A DNA stretch of 63,834 nucleotides, counting the filler, from Reclinomonas americana ATCC 50394 (taxonomy: Eukaryota), in NCBI GenBank assembly GCA_048213135.1. It is 16 parts of 16 records of this genome, joined end to end, with 100 filler letters (N's around TTAATTAATTAA, not from the genome) between each part and the next. Parts side by side here need not be neighbours in the genome. Positions count along the whole stretch, not along the records: positions 21,299 to 31,219 come from AFZH01018784.1; positions 31,320 to 33,148 come from AFZH01018786.1; positions 33,249 to 37,017 come from AFZH01018787.1; 13 more parts are not named here. One strand, written 5' to 3'. Position 1 is the first letter of the stretch. Every line of letters starts with the position of its first letter. Made by a program: the position numbers and the translations under genes. A model generated the notes under the pieces. That model saw only the letters and a list, made by a program, of their open reading frames with translations, did not search any database and was not told the origin of the DNA. Below, in pieces: positions 23,547 through 35,900 of this stretch.

Positions 23547-25210
23547 ATGGGACTTTCGTTGTCCCCCATCACACTCACACAATGGCCGGCCGAAGCAGCG
23601 AGTACCACTACTACCGACGACGACGACGATGAAGACGAGGAGGAGGAGGACGAGGAAGAAGAAGAGGAAGTCGATGCCGTGAAGCGCCACCAACAGCAAG
23701 TGTACGCGATGCAACAGCAACAGTACGCACGACAACAACAACAACAACAACAGCAGCAGCAAGTCGTCCCGCAGCAACGCGTCTCTGCGCCTGCACCTGC
23801 GCGTGCAGCTGCGCGTGGCGATGATGACGATGAGTACGGCGACGACAATGAGGACGAGGAGGAGTACGACGAGGATGATGACGATGACGACGATGACGAC
23901 TCAAGAAAAGGCAGCAGCAGCAGGAAGAAGAAGAAGAGCGCGGGTGCGTCGCGACGAGGCGCATCGGCGGCCGCGCCTGTGGGCTACGCGCATCAGCAGC
24001 AACAGCAGCGGAGAACGGCTGGTGCGTGCGTGTCTGTCTGTCAATTGTGTCTGGTTGTTCCTTGCGTGTGTGTGTGTGTCTCACTTTTGTGTGTGCAAAG
24101 ATGATGCCGCGGCTGCGCATCAGTTGCGGCTACAACAGCAACGAGAGCAGCAGCAGCTGGTCGATATGATGCTGCAGCAGGCGCAACAGGGCGACATTCT
24201 TGAGTTGCTCGGCACCAGCAAGGTCCGAGGAGGGTTTGCCTTGCTATCAACCCTTTGTTGTCTTTTTTGCTCACTCTCAAATGGCGCGAATGATGCAGGA
24301 TATCGTGTTTGTGCGCGACTTCCCTGGCTTTGCAGAGGAGTACTGGCCTTGCCAGGTGTGTGCGTGTGGCTCGATGCGCGCCGACATGGCGCGCCCAATG
24401 ACCGACCAACGCAAACACGCTCACTCGTGCCTTTTCTTTTTGACGCGTCTGCGGTGATGCAGATCATCCGGCAAATGACGGGCGTGCCTAACAACTTGCT
24501 GAAGCAGAAGCATCATCCCGACGATGTGCTGGTGCTTCCCTTTGAGCGGTTGCGTTCCCGCCATTTTTCGCATCAACCAATCACGCTGCGCTAAAGTGGG
24601 GAGAGACAGGTGGGAGCAGAAGAGGTGGGTGGCGGGAGCAGCGTGCGAGCAGTTCCCGGTCAAGTATCGTGAGTTCAAGTCGATGCCGGCGGGAGCGTTC
24701 TCCAAGAAATTCTGGGATGCCACCAACGAGGCCAAGCGCATTTACAATCAGCTGCTGGAGATTCAACGATCCGAGCGTTGCTACAAGTTGCGCCTCTCGG
24801 TTGTCATGCAGGTAGATCGAATAAGAGTTGAGGACTAAACCGTATCGGCGATGCAGCTGCGGAAAGGGCGATCGGGACGATCTGCTGTTGTTGTGTGAAA
24901 AGTGCAGTCGCGGATGCCACACGTATTGCGACGATCCACCGTTGCGTAGACAGCTGCTGCCGCTAATGGTGGTGCACCAAGAGTGCGGAGCTGATGTGTG
25001 TTTCTCGTGTGCAGACTGGCGCAAGTTCCGGAAGACGACTGGTTCTGTTTCAAGTGTCGCGATGGACCGGTGCGTGTGCCGATCATCGCCACTCCTTTGC
25101 ATGTACCGCTCATTTTGCATCTCGTGTGTGTGTGCGCGCAGTACAACCGCAAGCGACCAGGCGATGGAGAACTGGAGAAGCCTGGCAGTGTGAAGCGCCA
25201 AAAGACGTGA
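23547..25210 (+). CDS. PHD-finger protein with acidic/poly-Q N-terminus
   Basis: Spliced C4HC3 motif CSCGKGDRDDLLLLCEKCSRGCHTYCDDPP|LAQVPEDDWFCFKC. D/E tracts, poly-Q and RKKKK (NLS-like). Start codon uncertain (23547 or 23582). Confidence 0.85.
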
Positions 25211-25460
25211 GAGCCCGACTCCTCTTTCGCTCCTGTTTCTCCTCTTGCCTTTTGTGCACAATCTACTCTTTTTCCCTTCTCGTGCGCGGCGAGGCGCTGC
25301 TTTCACGCCCGATATCAACTTTTCACTTTTTCGTTGCCACTTGACACTCTCTTTCCCTTTCTCATCTCCTTCCTCACGGCTTTCTGCTGTAATCACCACC
25401 AATCCACAACCACACGCATGTTTGAGCATGAGATGTCGTTTATGGTCGTCTTGTATATCT

Positions 25461-28126
25461 TTAGTAGAATCCAGTGAGCAGCGCCTTGGAGACGTGCAAA
25501 CTGAGCGCGCGTCGCAGCAGCTCAATCTTGGCAGTGGGCAGCGGCTGATGTTGTGGATCGACCCAGTTGTGTGGCAGTGTTAGCGTATTGAGGATTCGCA
25601 ACAGCTCGGCAGCCTGAGCGGGCGTGAAGAGGAGTGTGCCGCTTTCGGTGGCCTGCAGCAGTGGCACACCCTCCAGCAGGAGGCCGAGCCAGAATTTCCG
25701 AGGCACGGTTCTGCAGTGCGTGAGTGAGCGCGAGGATATGCGGGAGACACGAATCTTTTTTTTCGACGCACCCGCTGGCCAACAGCTCGAACAGAATGGA
25801 GGCGGCCCTCTCACGCGCCTCGACAGTTGTGGCCGGATTCGTCACATCCAGGCGCTTGAAGTCCGCCAGTCTGCGCACAAGAGGAGGATCAGCATTGCCC
25901 CTACATGGAGGGGGCGGCCGCGACGCGACGCAACAGATTCACGAGGGTGAGGCGATCGCCGAGCTCCTGCAAATCGATTTCGTGGAACGAGTCGGCCACT
26001 GCAAACAAACTCGACGTGTCCCTCGTTGCAAAGTAGGATTCCTGCGGGAATGAGTGAGATCGGCGGCTGAAACACACAAAATCAACTGCACGGCAAAGCC
26101 ACAGTACCACAACGAGGTCGGCCACCTCGGCCACTTTGTCATAACATTGTCCGCGGACCAGCCACTGCAACGCCGGCACGTACCGCCGACACCGGATCTG
26201 CACGAGGACGGCATGAGAAAACGGCAGGCAAGAGACTTCCACCCATTCCGCGGACGCAACATATCGCTCGCCCACATCACGACACAGCTGATCGGCCACT
26301 GGGAAGAGCGATACCTCACAGCAGTATTGATACAAGCGGAGGGCTTTGGACTCGCTCGTCAGTCTCTGTGTGCGAATAATCTGCGAGCGACACCCATTCA
26401 GTCAGTGCACGAGCGGATTAAACTTGCACGAATGCATCTCCGCACCTCCTCTGCCAGTCGGGTGGCAAGCGGACTACCACACAGCCGTGCATACTCGGCA
26501 TTGACTCTCCACAAGTCGGGGCACGCAACCTTCAGTGCGTCGACGTATTTCTTCATAAAGTTGTCGTGGAAACTCTCTGCGAACGTGTGCGATTATGAGC
26601 GAAGCAGGAGACACGCAAGTGCTCACGACAAGCAGACGCACCACTGTCCGCGCCCAGATCCTCCACGAATCCAGCCGGTGTCAAAATGTCAGCCAAATGC
26701 GCCGAGAACCACGTGAAGAGGAAGCCCAATTCGGCCGAGTCGCCAGACGCCATGCGAGCCATCTCCGAGCAGCGGTGAAGCAGCGCTGTCACCGTGCCGT
26801 CAAAGACCTTGGCGAAGAGATCCGAGATTTTCTCGCTGTCGGCGAGGACGGGTTTCAGCCGGCGAGCCTCCTCCGCTGCCGGCGCCAAATCCTCAAAGCG
26901 GGACAGCGGCTTGCTGTGCAGCAGGCGCGCAATGGCCAACTCTCGCCAGTCCTGTGCGTACGCTTGCAGTGTTTCCATCTAGCCCCCCCCGCTCACACCG
27001 TCAGAGATGCGTCTGTGCATGGAGATAGAGGTAACGCAACTTGGCCCTCCAGAATGAGCAGGATCTCAAACAGCGGCGACTGCGACGGGGCACGCTGTCG
27101 CACTTTGCTGACGCCGTCTCGCCACAGTCGCCAGTTCGACTCGAACTGACGAGCGGCCACACGCGGGCGCACCTCGGGGTACTCCTGCAGCAGGCGAATC
27201 ACCTCGTGCAACAGCTGAAACACGCCAGTCAGCAACCCTGCCTGGCGCTCCACTCGTCCAAACACACATGTACACGCACCTCGAGTCCTTCATGCGTGTC
27301 GGACTCGTAGCGGTGGCTCGGATGCGCGCCAAGCAGTCGCAGTGCCGACGAAAAGAGACTCTCCCCGTCGCGTTTCGTGTCACCGAGCAGCACAAAGTGT
27401 CGCAACGCCTGCACGCCAACAGATCAACACACAACACAAGTCACACAAAGACAGACAGCAAGACAAACGTGCCTCCCAGTACGACAAAGGCAGCTCTTGC
27501 TCTGTAAGCGCGCTCTCCGCAGCCAACAACGCAGATGACAGGCTGTGTAAGACGGGCGTGTGTGTGAGAGTGAGAGAGAGAGAGAGCATGACAAGGGAGT
27601 CGCAAGAAGAAGAGGGTACCTCGCCGGTGCATCCGCCTGACTGTGCACCCAACGCAGCAAGTGCGGCAACACATACGAGTCGCCACTGCTCACACACACG
27701 GCCTCACACAAGTGCCACAGGCTAATGAAGAGATTCATGAACTCGACCAGACGATGTGTCTGTCGCGCGTCGAGACCATCCGCGACGAATCCTTGACCTG
27801 AGCGCAAGAGTGTGTGTGAGAGAGACAGTGTGCATGTGAGAGACAAGAGACTATGTGTGCGTTCACCAGAGACAACAGCGCGTTCGAGAGACAAGCGCGC
27901 AGTCTCCATCACTGAGCGATATGCAATCGACTGCGAGAGGAGTACATCGCCACTCACACGACCCTCTGCGAAAAGAGTGAGAGAGTGACAACAACAAGAG
28001 TGCCATGGCGCGCGCGCACACACACTGACCGCGGTCAAGCGCAGCCTGTGTGGATGCAAACACGGAGAATGCTTCTTGCACAAGCGCACGCAGTGGGCCA
28101 CACAAACGATGCGCACTTGCGGCCAT
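25461..28126 (-). CDS. NUP85: Nucleoporin Nup85 (Y-complex)
   Basis: LRALVQEAFSVF, LWHLCEAVCV..LLRWVH, SYWEALRHFVLLG, WRELAIARLLHSKP, WFSAHLADIL, VPRKFWLGLLLEGVPLL and the C-terminal LLRRALSLHVSKAL occur in the order expected for Nup85. Confidence 0.85.
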
Positions 28127-28157
28127 TTTCTCAACACCGACTGGGACTTTCTTTCAC

Positions 28158-30062
28158 TCATGACACGACGTTGCTGCTGCTGTCACGCTGACATGCAAGC
28201 GCGCTGGCCAGTCGATGCGCTCCGTCACTGTCTGCAAGCAGTGCGCGGATGCCGACTTGCACGACCGATCCAGCAACCGCAGTGCATTCCCATGTCAACA
28301 GCAGCGACGTTGACGGATCGTTCCAGCGTATGCGCGACGACGTGCGCAGCAGCGGGACCATGGCGTGCAGTGCGCGTAATGCACGGGCGACGAGCTGGAG
28401 CTGCTCAAGCGAGCGCTCGGGGGCGGTGTGACGTAGGAGACCGCTGCCGGTGGGCAGGCCGAGGTCGTTGCGCAGCGATTTGGTCCATCGCTCAATGTCG
28501 CCACTCGCACGTCGCACGCTGCTTTGCATGCGGCGGATCTCTGGCAGGAGACGCCAGTGACTTCGAAAGAAGGCCGACATGTCTTCGGCGGTAGCTGCCG
28601 CGTCGATGCACAGCAGGTCGACCAGGCGCTGCTCGCCGCTGAAACAACCGAATTCGCGACTCAGCGTCAACTCGAGGCCGCCGACGCCGCAGCCTTTCAG
28701 GAGCACGCGCATGTCCATCAACTTTTCCACACAGCTGCGCGCAGCTCAGGAACAAGCAAGTTTCGAGTTCGGTGCACTCACCAAGCCATCACGCACCTCG
28801 CCACATCCTTTGTGTCGCACCGGATGTGCACGTCTTCCAGATGCAGATGCGTCTTTAGCGTCGAGCACAGCTCCGCGACCTGCTTCACCTCGGCATTGTG
28901 TGCCGCTCTGGCCACACGCACTCTGTAGGCAATGCAGTAAGCAAAAGAACACCCAACAAGGAACGAGAGAGGAGAACGAGAGACGGCACAGCTCACCGAT
29001 CCGCCTGTAGCTGCAATGCGGACCGAAACACTCCGACTGTGGCGTTGCACGGCACGCGCACAAACAGCTCGGACTGCTGCTTCTCACTCTCGCCAGTGAC
29101 CAGGATCGGTACACCACGCCACAAGGATTCGTCGACTTGCGGAAGCCACTGCGCGAGCCCGGCAAGAAAGCGCCCAAACGCCGCCTCGCTCACCGCATCG
29201 GTCTTCACCAGCAGTCGCTGCCGGACCAGCTCATCCGCCAACACACCCCAGTCGACTGGCATGCCAACCCACCGCACGTATGAGAGACCAGCGAAAGTCA
29301 CACGGCAAGGGCAATGACACGCACGCGCGAACCACTATCGCCTTGCATCGTGCTGGCCTCGCGCTCTGCAAAATACTCGCGCAGTCGTGCTTGCAACTCC
29401 TCCCGCAACGACACCGTGGAGCGAGACACCGACTCGGCACCAGCTGCGCCACGTGGATGCTGTCGCAGCGCCCACAGTGCATCGACTTCCGCTCGTGGCA
29501 ACTCCACGCGCGCCTCCTGCTCAACCAACATCATCAACAATCCACCGCAAGAGGACAACCCCACGACAGCCGCAAACCAGCAACATCTGTGCCACACTGG
29601 CCATCACAAAAGAGCGCACACGACTCGCTTGCGCAGTTCCGCTGGCGACTGCGGGTGGATACTCGTGGCGGAACTCAAACGGTGTCCATCGCTCACCGCG
29701 CTGTGTCTCCGACTTGCTCAGGAAAAAGACAAAGTCCAACGCAGCCGGCGGTCGTCCATTGGCCGACCCGCCAACCCACGACAGCACCGCGTTGAGGCGC
29801 TTGAGAGACTCCTCATTGACTTGTCTGCGTGCATGCGATCAACATGTGTCGCTCAGTGAGAGAGAGAGAGAGTGTGTGTGTGTGTGTCCACGGACCTTTG
29901 CCGGGGCTGTGAGAAGAAGCGATCGGGGTGCACTTGCAGGAAGAAGCGACGCAAGGCACTGCGCAAGTGCGTCGACGCATCGTTGTCGACAGACGCGGTC
30001 GCACGACTTGCAAACAACCTCGACAAAGATGCACGTGATACCAACAGCAACCGGCTCGTCAT
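28158..30062 (-). CDS. TCAIM: TCAIM-like (DUF4460/DUF4461) mitochondrial protein
   Basis: Arg/Ser/Leu-rich presequence MTSRLLLVSRASLSRLFASRA followed by LRSALRRFFLQVHPDRFFSQPRQR|SVNEESLKRLN (DUF4460 HPD motif). Multi-exon to a stop at 28158. Confidence 0.8.
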
Positions 30063-30270
30063 CAGTCGACACGGTGGCGTGGTTAACACACAGACGAAGG
30101 AGGGGCCAAACATGCAATTTCATTTAACAACTAACTATCATCAAGAAAGAGAGCAAAACACCTAACATGCTGCAACAAACAACAAAGAAAACACACACAA
30201 AGAATAACTATAGAACCACTCACCACCCACAAACATAAACAAAAAAGCCAATCCCGGAAACCTGCACAAA

Positions 30271-31091
30271 TTACTGTCGATTCAGATCGTCGCGAATGCT
30301 CGCCAACCGAGCCAACGGCAGCGGTGGAATCACGACACCGGCTCCTCGCGGCGACGATGGTGCAGATGCCGAGCCGCCACCCTGTCCACCACTCAACCCG
30401 GCAAGTCGCAACGGAGGAACCATTGGCACACCCGCAGTGCGCGCACTTCCCGGCCGCAGTGCCATGAATCGCGCGTCTGCCGGCGACAGGGCATTGAACA
30501 GATTCTCGTCCGCTGCACCATCCGCAGGCACATGTCGCGGCACCGGTGGCGGCCGCGGCGACAACTCGTTGAACATGGGTGGGGATGGTGGGCGGCCCTG
30601 AGGAATCGGAGGCGGAGCATGGCGCGGTGGTGCGAGGCGCGGAGAAGACAGAATGGGCGAGCTTCGCGGTATCACAAGCACCGGAACCGGTGGAACGCTG
30701 GGGTATGCTCGCGAAGTCACCAGCTGCGCAATGCTCGGCGGCAACAGCGCAGCCGGCGGCGGCGTCAGCGGCATGGGCCCCAGTCGCGCACTATTGTACG
30801 CCCCGCCACCGCTGTTCATCACCGACGCCAGCAGCTCCAGGTTCAACTTCGGGATCCGCAGCGGCACTGGCGGCGACAAGAATTCCATGGGCTCGGCCGC
30901 CATGTCATCCACCTGCAGCACCCGTCGTCGACCATCGTCATTGTCGCGGTCGTCCTGCGGCACTGCCAGCATTGACCGCAAAGCCGGCATCTGGTGCTGT
31001 GCGCTCGGCGCATTGACTGACACATTCATGCCACTCTGTTGCTGAAGTCCGCTGACCGGCAAAACTCGACGATCTTGCACAGTCTCGCCGC
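30271..31091 (-). CDS. Terminal exon of a hypothetical protein, Pro-rich and disordered
   Basis: Acceptor GTGTAG| at 31091, then ~273 open codons to TAA at 30271. Repeated (V/I)PxLxL and S(P/A)R motifs. The 5' part is lost in gap 31220. Confidence 0.7.
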
Positions 31092-31155
31092 CTACACACA
31101 TGCACATCTCATTTTTCAGCACCACTCGTCACAATACATAAACAAGCAATAACAC

Positions 31156-31219
<64 letters not shown>

Positions 31220-31455
31220 NNNNNNNNNNNNNNNNNNNNNNNNNNNNNNNNNNNNNNNNNNNNTTAATTAATTAANNNNNNNNNNNNNNNNNNNNNNNNN
31301 NNNNNNNNNNNNNNNNNNNTCCCCCTCTCGCTCTCCCCCTCTCGCTCTCCCCCTCTTGCTCTCCCTCTCGCCCTCCCTGCTCCCATCCCTCGCCGTCTTC
31401 ATTACAAATTCATTGTGATCCCTCTCTCTCCCTCTCCCTCTCCCCAATAACACAG

Positions 31456-31846
31456 CTTCGAACCGTGCCTGCGCCATCAAGGTTTGACCTTTGCTGCTTT
31501 GTTTACTTATGCTTCCATCCTCTCAATCTTCCATGTCCCGTCATCCCTCACAGGTCCACCAGTGGGGTGTACGTACACGCTGATCCTTCTCTTGCATGCT
31601 TCTTCTCTCTTCCCAACATTGATTGCTCACTGCATGCACACCCCCTATGACTACTCGCTCAGGGCAACACCTGGAAGGTTTGTTATCCTTGTCTCTTCCC
31701 TTTGCACATTCCCTTACCACTCACCCATCGCATTACCTTTGCAGTACTGGAGCACTTGCAGTGCGGTGCGTCACTCTTGCGTGCCTGCTCATTGACTCAT
31801 TTACTCACCGTCCACACAACAGTGCGGCTGCTGCGGTAAAAAGTAA
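31456..31846 (+). CDS. 3' end of a small lysozyme-like (SLT/c-type-like) protein encoded by five micro-exons
   Basis: Exons 31456-31481, 31554-31568, 31663-31677, 31745-31765 and 31823-31846, all with AG/GT borders, splice to xSNRACAIK|VHQWG|GNTWK|YWSTCSA|CGCCGKK*. Confidence 0.7.
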
Positions 31847-32283
31847 CCTGGCGCTCCAGCCCTTTTCCCCTTCCCTTTGCCGTTTGGCGTTCCACTCTTG
31901 CGCACTGCTGCCGATGGTGCAGTGCGCAAGTGCAATCCCAAATGAATCCCCCTTTTGCTTGATTCAACAACGAGGGACAGCAGTTGGCATATCTTCGTCT
32001 TGGACCTGTGGACCAAGGCTAGCCTGTGCCCTCCACCGTTGACCCGTGGCAAGACAACAAGGAGGTCACGGTTGCTCAACACCCTCCAGGCAGCAGGCCC
32101 TTCAACCTTCGCGCTCGATCTCTTGCATTCACACTGTGACGGTTAGCACATAATTCGATCTGCTGCACATCGTCGCTCGCTTGTTCAGTGGTATGCCTTG
32201 CCGTGGCCGTGCACCGACGTCGACAGCAGCTCGCGTCCTTGCGCGTCCTGCAACGGTCGCAAATCGAACTCGTCAGCCACGCG

Positions 32284-32932
32284 ATGGCCTCGCACGATCT
32301 CTCCTCGCACCTCATGATCCTGGTGCACAAACTCTCTGACAAGGATCACGTGGTGCGTCTCCTCTCCCTCTCACACTCAAAGAGACACAAGAATATCACA
32401 CAATCATTCATGCACTCTCTCTCTCTCTCTCTCTCCCACTCGCTCACTCACTCACTAACACACACTCTCTCTCACTCTCCACTCACTCGCTCTCTCTCTC
32501 TCTCTCTTTCTCTCTCTCACTCTCTCACTAACTCACTCACTCACTCTCTCATTCCCTTCCCTCCTCCTTCCCCTTCCCTCCCCCTTCCCCTTCCCTCCTC
32601 CTTCCCCTTCCCTCCCCCCTCTCACCCACTCTCTCTTCTCTCACACCACAGGATCGCGTGACAGAGGACGCCCGCCACCTTCTCGCTCAACACTGCCGCG
32701 TTCTCTCCTCCTCCTCATCGCCCGACCCGACGACACCCACCTCCTCGTCTTCTCCTCCTTCCTCCTCCTCGGCTGTCACGCTGACTGTGGTGGCCACGCG
32801 CGAAACCATTCATTCAGTGCTGCTGGTGCTCTTTCACAACTACGAGCAGGCAGTGGTGTGCTCTCGCAAGGCGCGCCTGCGCTTGTTGCATTACTGGAGT
32901 TGCGTTGCGAGAGGGCAAGGCGTCAGTCGATC

Positions 32933-32965
<33 letters not shown>

Positions 32966-35900
32966 CGATCTTGCACCGGAATACCTGGTTCTTGCCGTCT
33001 CTGTCTCTCGCGATGCGCTTTTACGTTGTTCTTTGGTCGGCAATTCTCTCTCCGGCTCTCCTCTCCTCTTCCCCCTTCGATGATTGCTTGGTACTTGTCG
33101 TCACTGTCAATCGCAAAGTCTGCTTCTCGGTTCCTGTCGCGCACTTTTNNNNNNNNNNNNNNNNNNNNNNNNNNNNNNNNNNNNNNNNNNNNTTAATTAA
33201 TTAANNNNNNNNNNNNNNNNNNNNNNNNNNNNNNNNNNNNNNNNNNNNGTTGTTCTTTGGTGGCAGTTCTCTCTCCGGCTCTTCTCTCCTCTTCCCCCTT
33301 CGATGATTGCCTGGTACATGTCGTTACTGTCAATCGCAAAGTCTGCTTCTCGGTTCCTGTCGCGCACTTGTCTCGATCTTGTTGAATCGTCTTGTACAGC
33401 GTTTTACACATCTCCCTCTCCCTCTCCCTCTCTCTCTCTCTCAGTGCCTGCTTCTTGACGCATCGTCGCAATGCTCGTTCTTCGCTGATCGTTCTCGTAC
33501 GCCCTGTGGCATTCACAATCACCGTTCTCGCTCGGTATCTACAGCCGACATACCTGCTTGTTAGTGTCACTCGCGATGCACAAAGATTGCTCCTCTGTTG
33601 CCTTTTTCTGCGATCGCTTGCTTCTTGTTGTCTGTCTGTCTGTCTCCCATTCTCTCTCTCGCGAAAGACTTCAATTCTCGTCTGTCGTTGGCTTTCTCTC
33701 GCCCTTTCGTCGCCCTCTCCGGTTTGCCCACTCATCAAATCCTCATCAAGTCACTTGGTCACTCTTTGGTTCACGCACTCAGTTCACCTCCGTCAATCGC
33801 GAGGGATCTAACGATTCTCACTTGTCGCACTCGTGAGTTCTGTCGATCGTTATGCAGTTTCTGCGTTGCCTCCATTTCTCTCTCTGTCTGTATCTCTCTC
33901 CTTTCTCACCTTTCCTTATTTCTCATAGCCTTCCCCCTTCCCTTCCCCTTTCTTCCCCCATTTCTCACATACTCCCCCTTCCTCCCCCTTTCCTCCCCCT
34001 TTCCTCCCCTTCCATTCCCCCTCTCAGTCTCCCTCCTCGGCGTGGGCCTCCTGGAACACGTCGGCAGCATTGTGAAAAAACTGCTGGCCAACACGCGAGA
34101 ACGCGACCGCCCCACCCGCGAGGAACTCGCCAAGGTCTTCCACGCACTCACCGAGCTGGTGGTGTGCGCTGCCGTGGACCACCAGCCCTCCTCCAGCGCC
34201 GAGCATGGAGTGGTGGTGGTGGTGCTGCTGGTGGAACCGCTGATGAAGAAGTTGAGCACGCGCAATGTGGACACGCAGCGCACCGTGTGCATGTGTCTCG
34301 ATCACGTGTTGCAGGGTCTCTCGGAGACGGTGGTGGCTGCGGCCGGTGACCAGTTGCTGGTGGCCGTGCGCACGTTTCTCCAGCTTTGCAGTTGCGTGCG
34401 CGAAGTGAGTGGTGGTTTTTTTGTGATGATCGTGATGACTCACTTGTACGGAACACACGCACAGCCAAGCACATTCTCACCTGCACCGAACGGTTCGCGG
34501 TGGCGCAACGCATGGTCGAGGTGTTGCGCATGCACCTCACCGAGCAGCACGTGCACATCCTCATCGATCACTGCATTCAGACGTTGGCGGTATGTAACAA
34601 CTGACACGCACGTACACACACACGCACGCACACGCACACACACGCACACACACACACACTTACACAACTCTTGAGTATCATGTATGTGCATATATGTGTG
34701 TGTGAGAAAAAGAATGAGAGAAAAGCAAGTGCTGCAAGATGCCTTCTTTCTTCAACCAAATGATTCGTCTGATATGTCGATGCGCAGCCACCCTCGGGCT
34801 TGGCGGCCACGGTGGCAGGTTCCGCGAGTGCGCTTGCGGGCTCCGCTGGCACCTCTGCGGTTTCGGCGCAGCTCACTTCGGAATGGGACGCACAACACGG
34901 GGCACTGGAGACGCTGTACACACTCTGTTTGGGGCTGCCACTGACGCAGCTTAGTAGGGTTCGTGTGTCCAGTCATTCACTCCCGAGCCAGTTGCCCAAT
35001 CTCATTAATGTTGCAGAGTTCGTCGTCAGCACCACCATCGCCGTCGCTCGCCATGCGCGCCTTGCAAGAGCGGTCATACGACATTCTGACCGAGGGCAAC
35101 CGGGCGCGGCATCACAAAATACGCAGCGTGCGGGAGACGGCCGCACAACTATGCGCAGCATTGTGCGAGGTCTATGCTTGCGGAAGTGATGTTTGTGGCA
35201 GGCAAGCAGTTGACTGAATCACTCAATCCCTTCCTCGTGGTGCAGATGTTTCCGCACTTGGCCGTGGGTGAGGATGCGGGGCTGTTGGACACGCTGGATC
35301 CGTTGCCTGCACGGCGGCGTTCGTTGGGCAAGGTGTGAGGCATATTCAACAGGGAGGTTGTGATGCTCTCGTCCTGAATCTTTGCTTGATCCCCACAGAG
35401 CAAGTCACCCTCGAGTGGTGGCCGACGAGTCAAATCGGCCGACGTGGAGATTTACGTGCCCGGCCGTCACGATCCACTCCATTTCGACGCGAGCAAGTCC
35501 TCATCAACGACCACCACTGCCGCCGCCGGCGGCGATCATGCCCTCGAGAAGGCGGTGTTTGGGACTGGTCCCGAAACGCCAGCTGCACAGGTGGCGGATA
35601 TCGAGGCCACTGCGTTGACTCCGGTCTCGTTTCAAGTGGACGGCGCCGAAAACGGCTCACCTCGCGCACTCACGCCGTCACACGCTCGCTCTCAACCACC
35701 TGCCGCTGCATCGCCACCACATCCAGCACCTCCTGCACTTCCCGCCAGTGCACCTCCTGTTGCCGCCTCTCGACCGCAGCCTGTACACGCACCTGTGTCA
35801 CCACCACCACCACCCATCAGCAGCGAGACGTCGGCGCTGTCGAGCGGAATCATCACGGCGGCGGCGCATGGCAAGTTCCAGGTGCGTGTGCCTTCTCTGC

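Noticed and set aside
23547..23640. ATG 23582 out of frame with the acidic tract (possible programmed frameshift)
   Set aside because: Explained by a one-base homopolymer error (TACC-GAC) or by use of the in-frame ATG at 23547.
33025..33370. ~120-bp near-duplicate on either side of gap 33149
   Set aside because: Intronic and gap-adjacent; likely unmerged contig ends, haplotypes or a collapsed tandem repeat.
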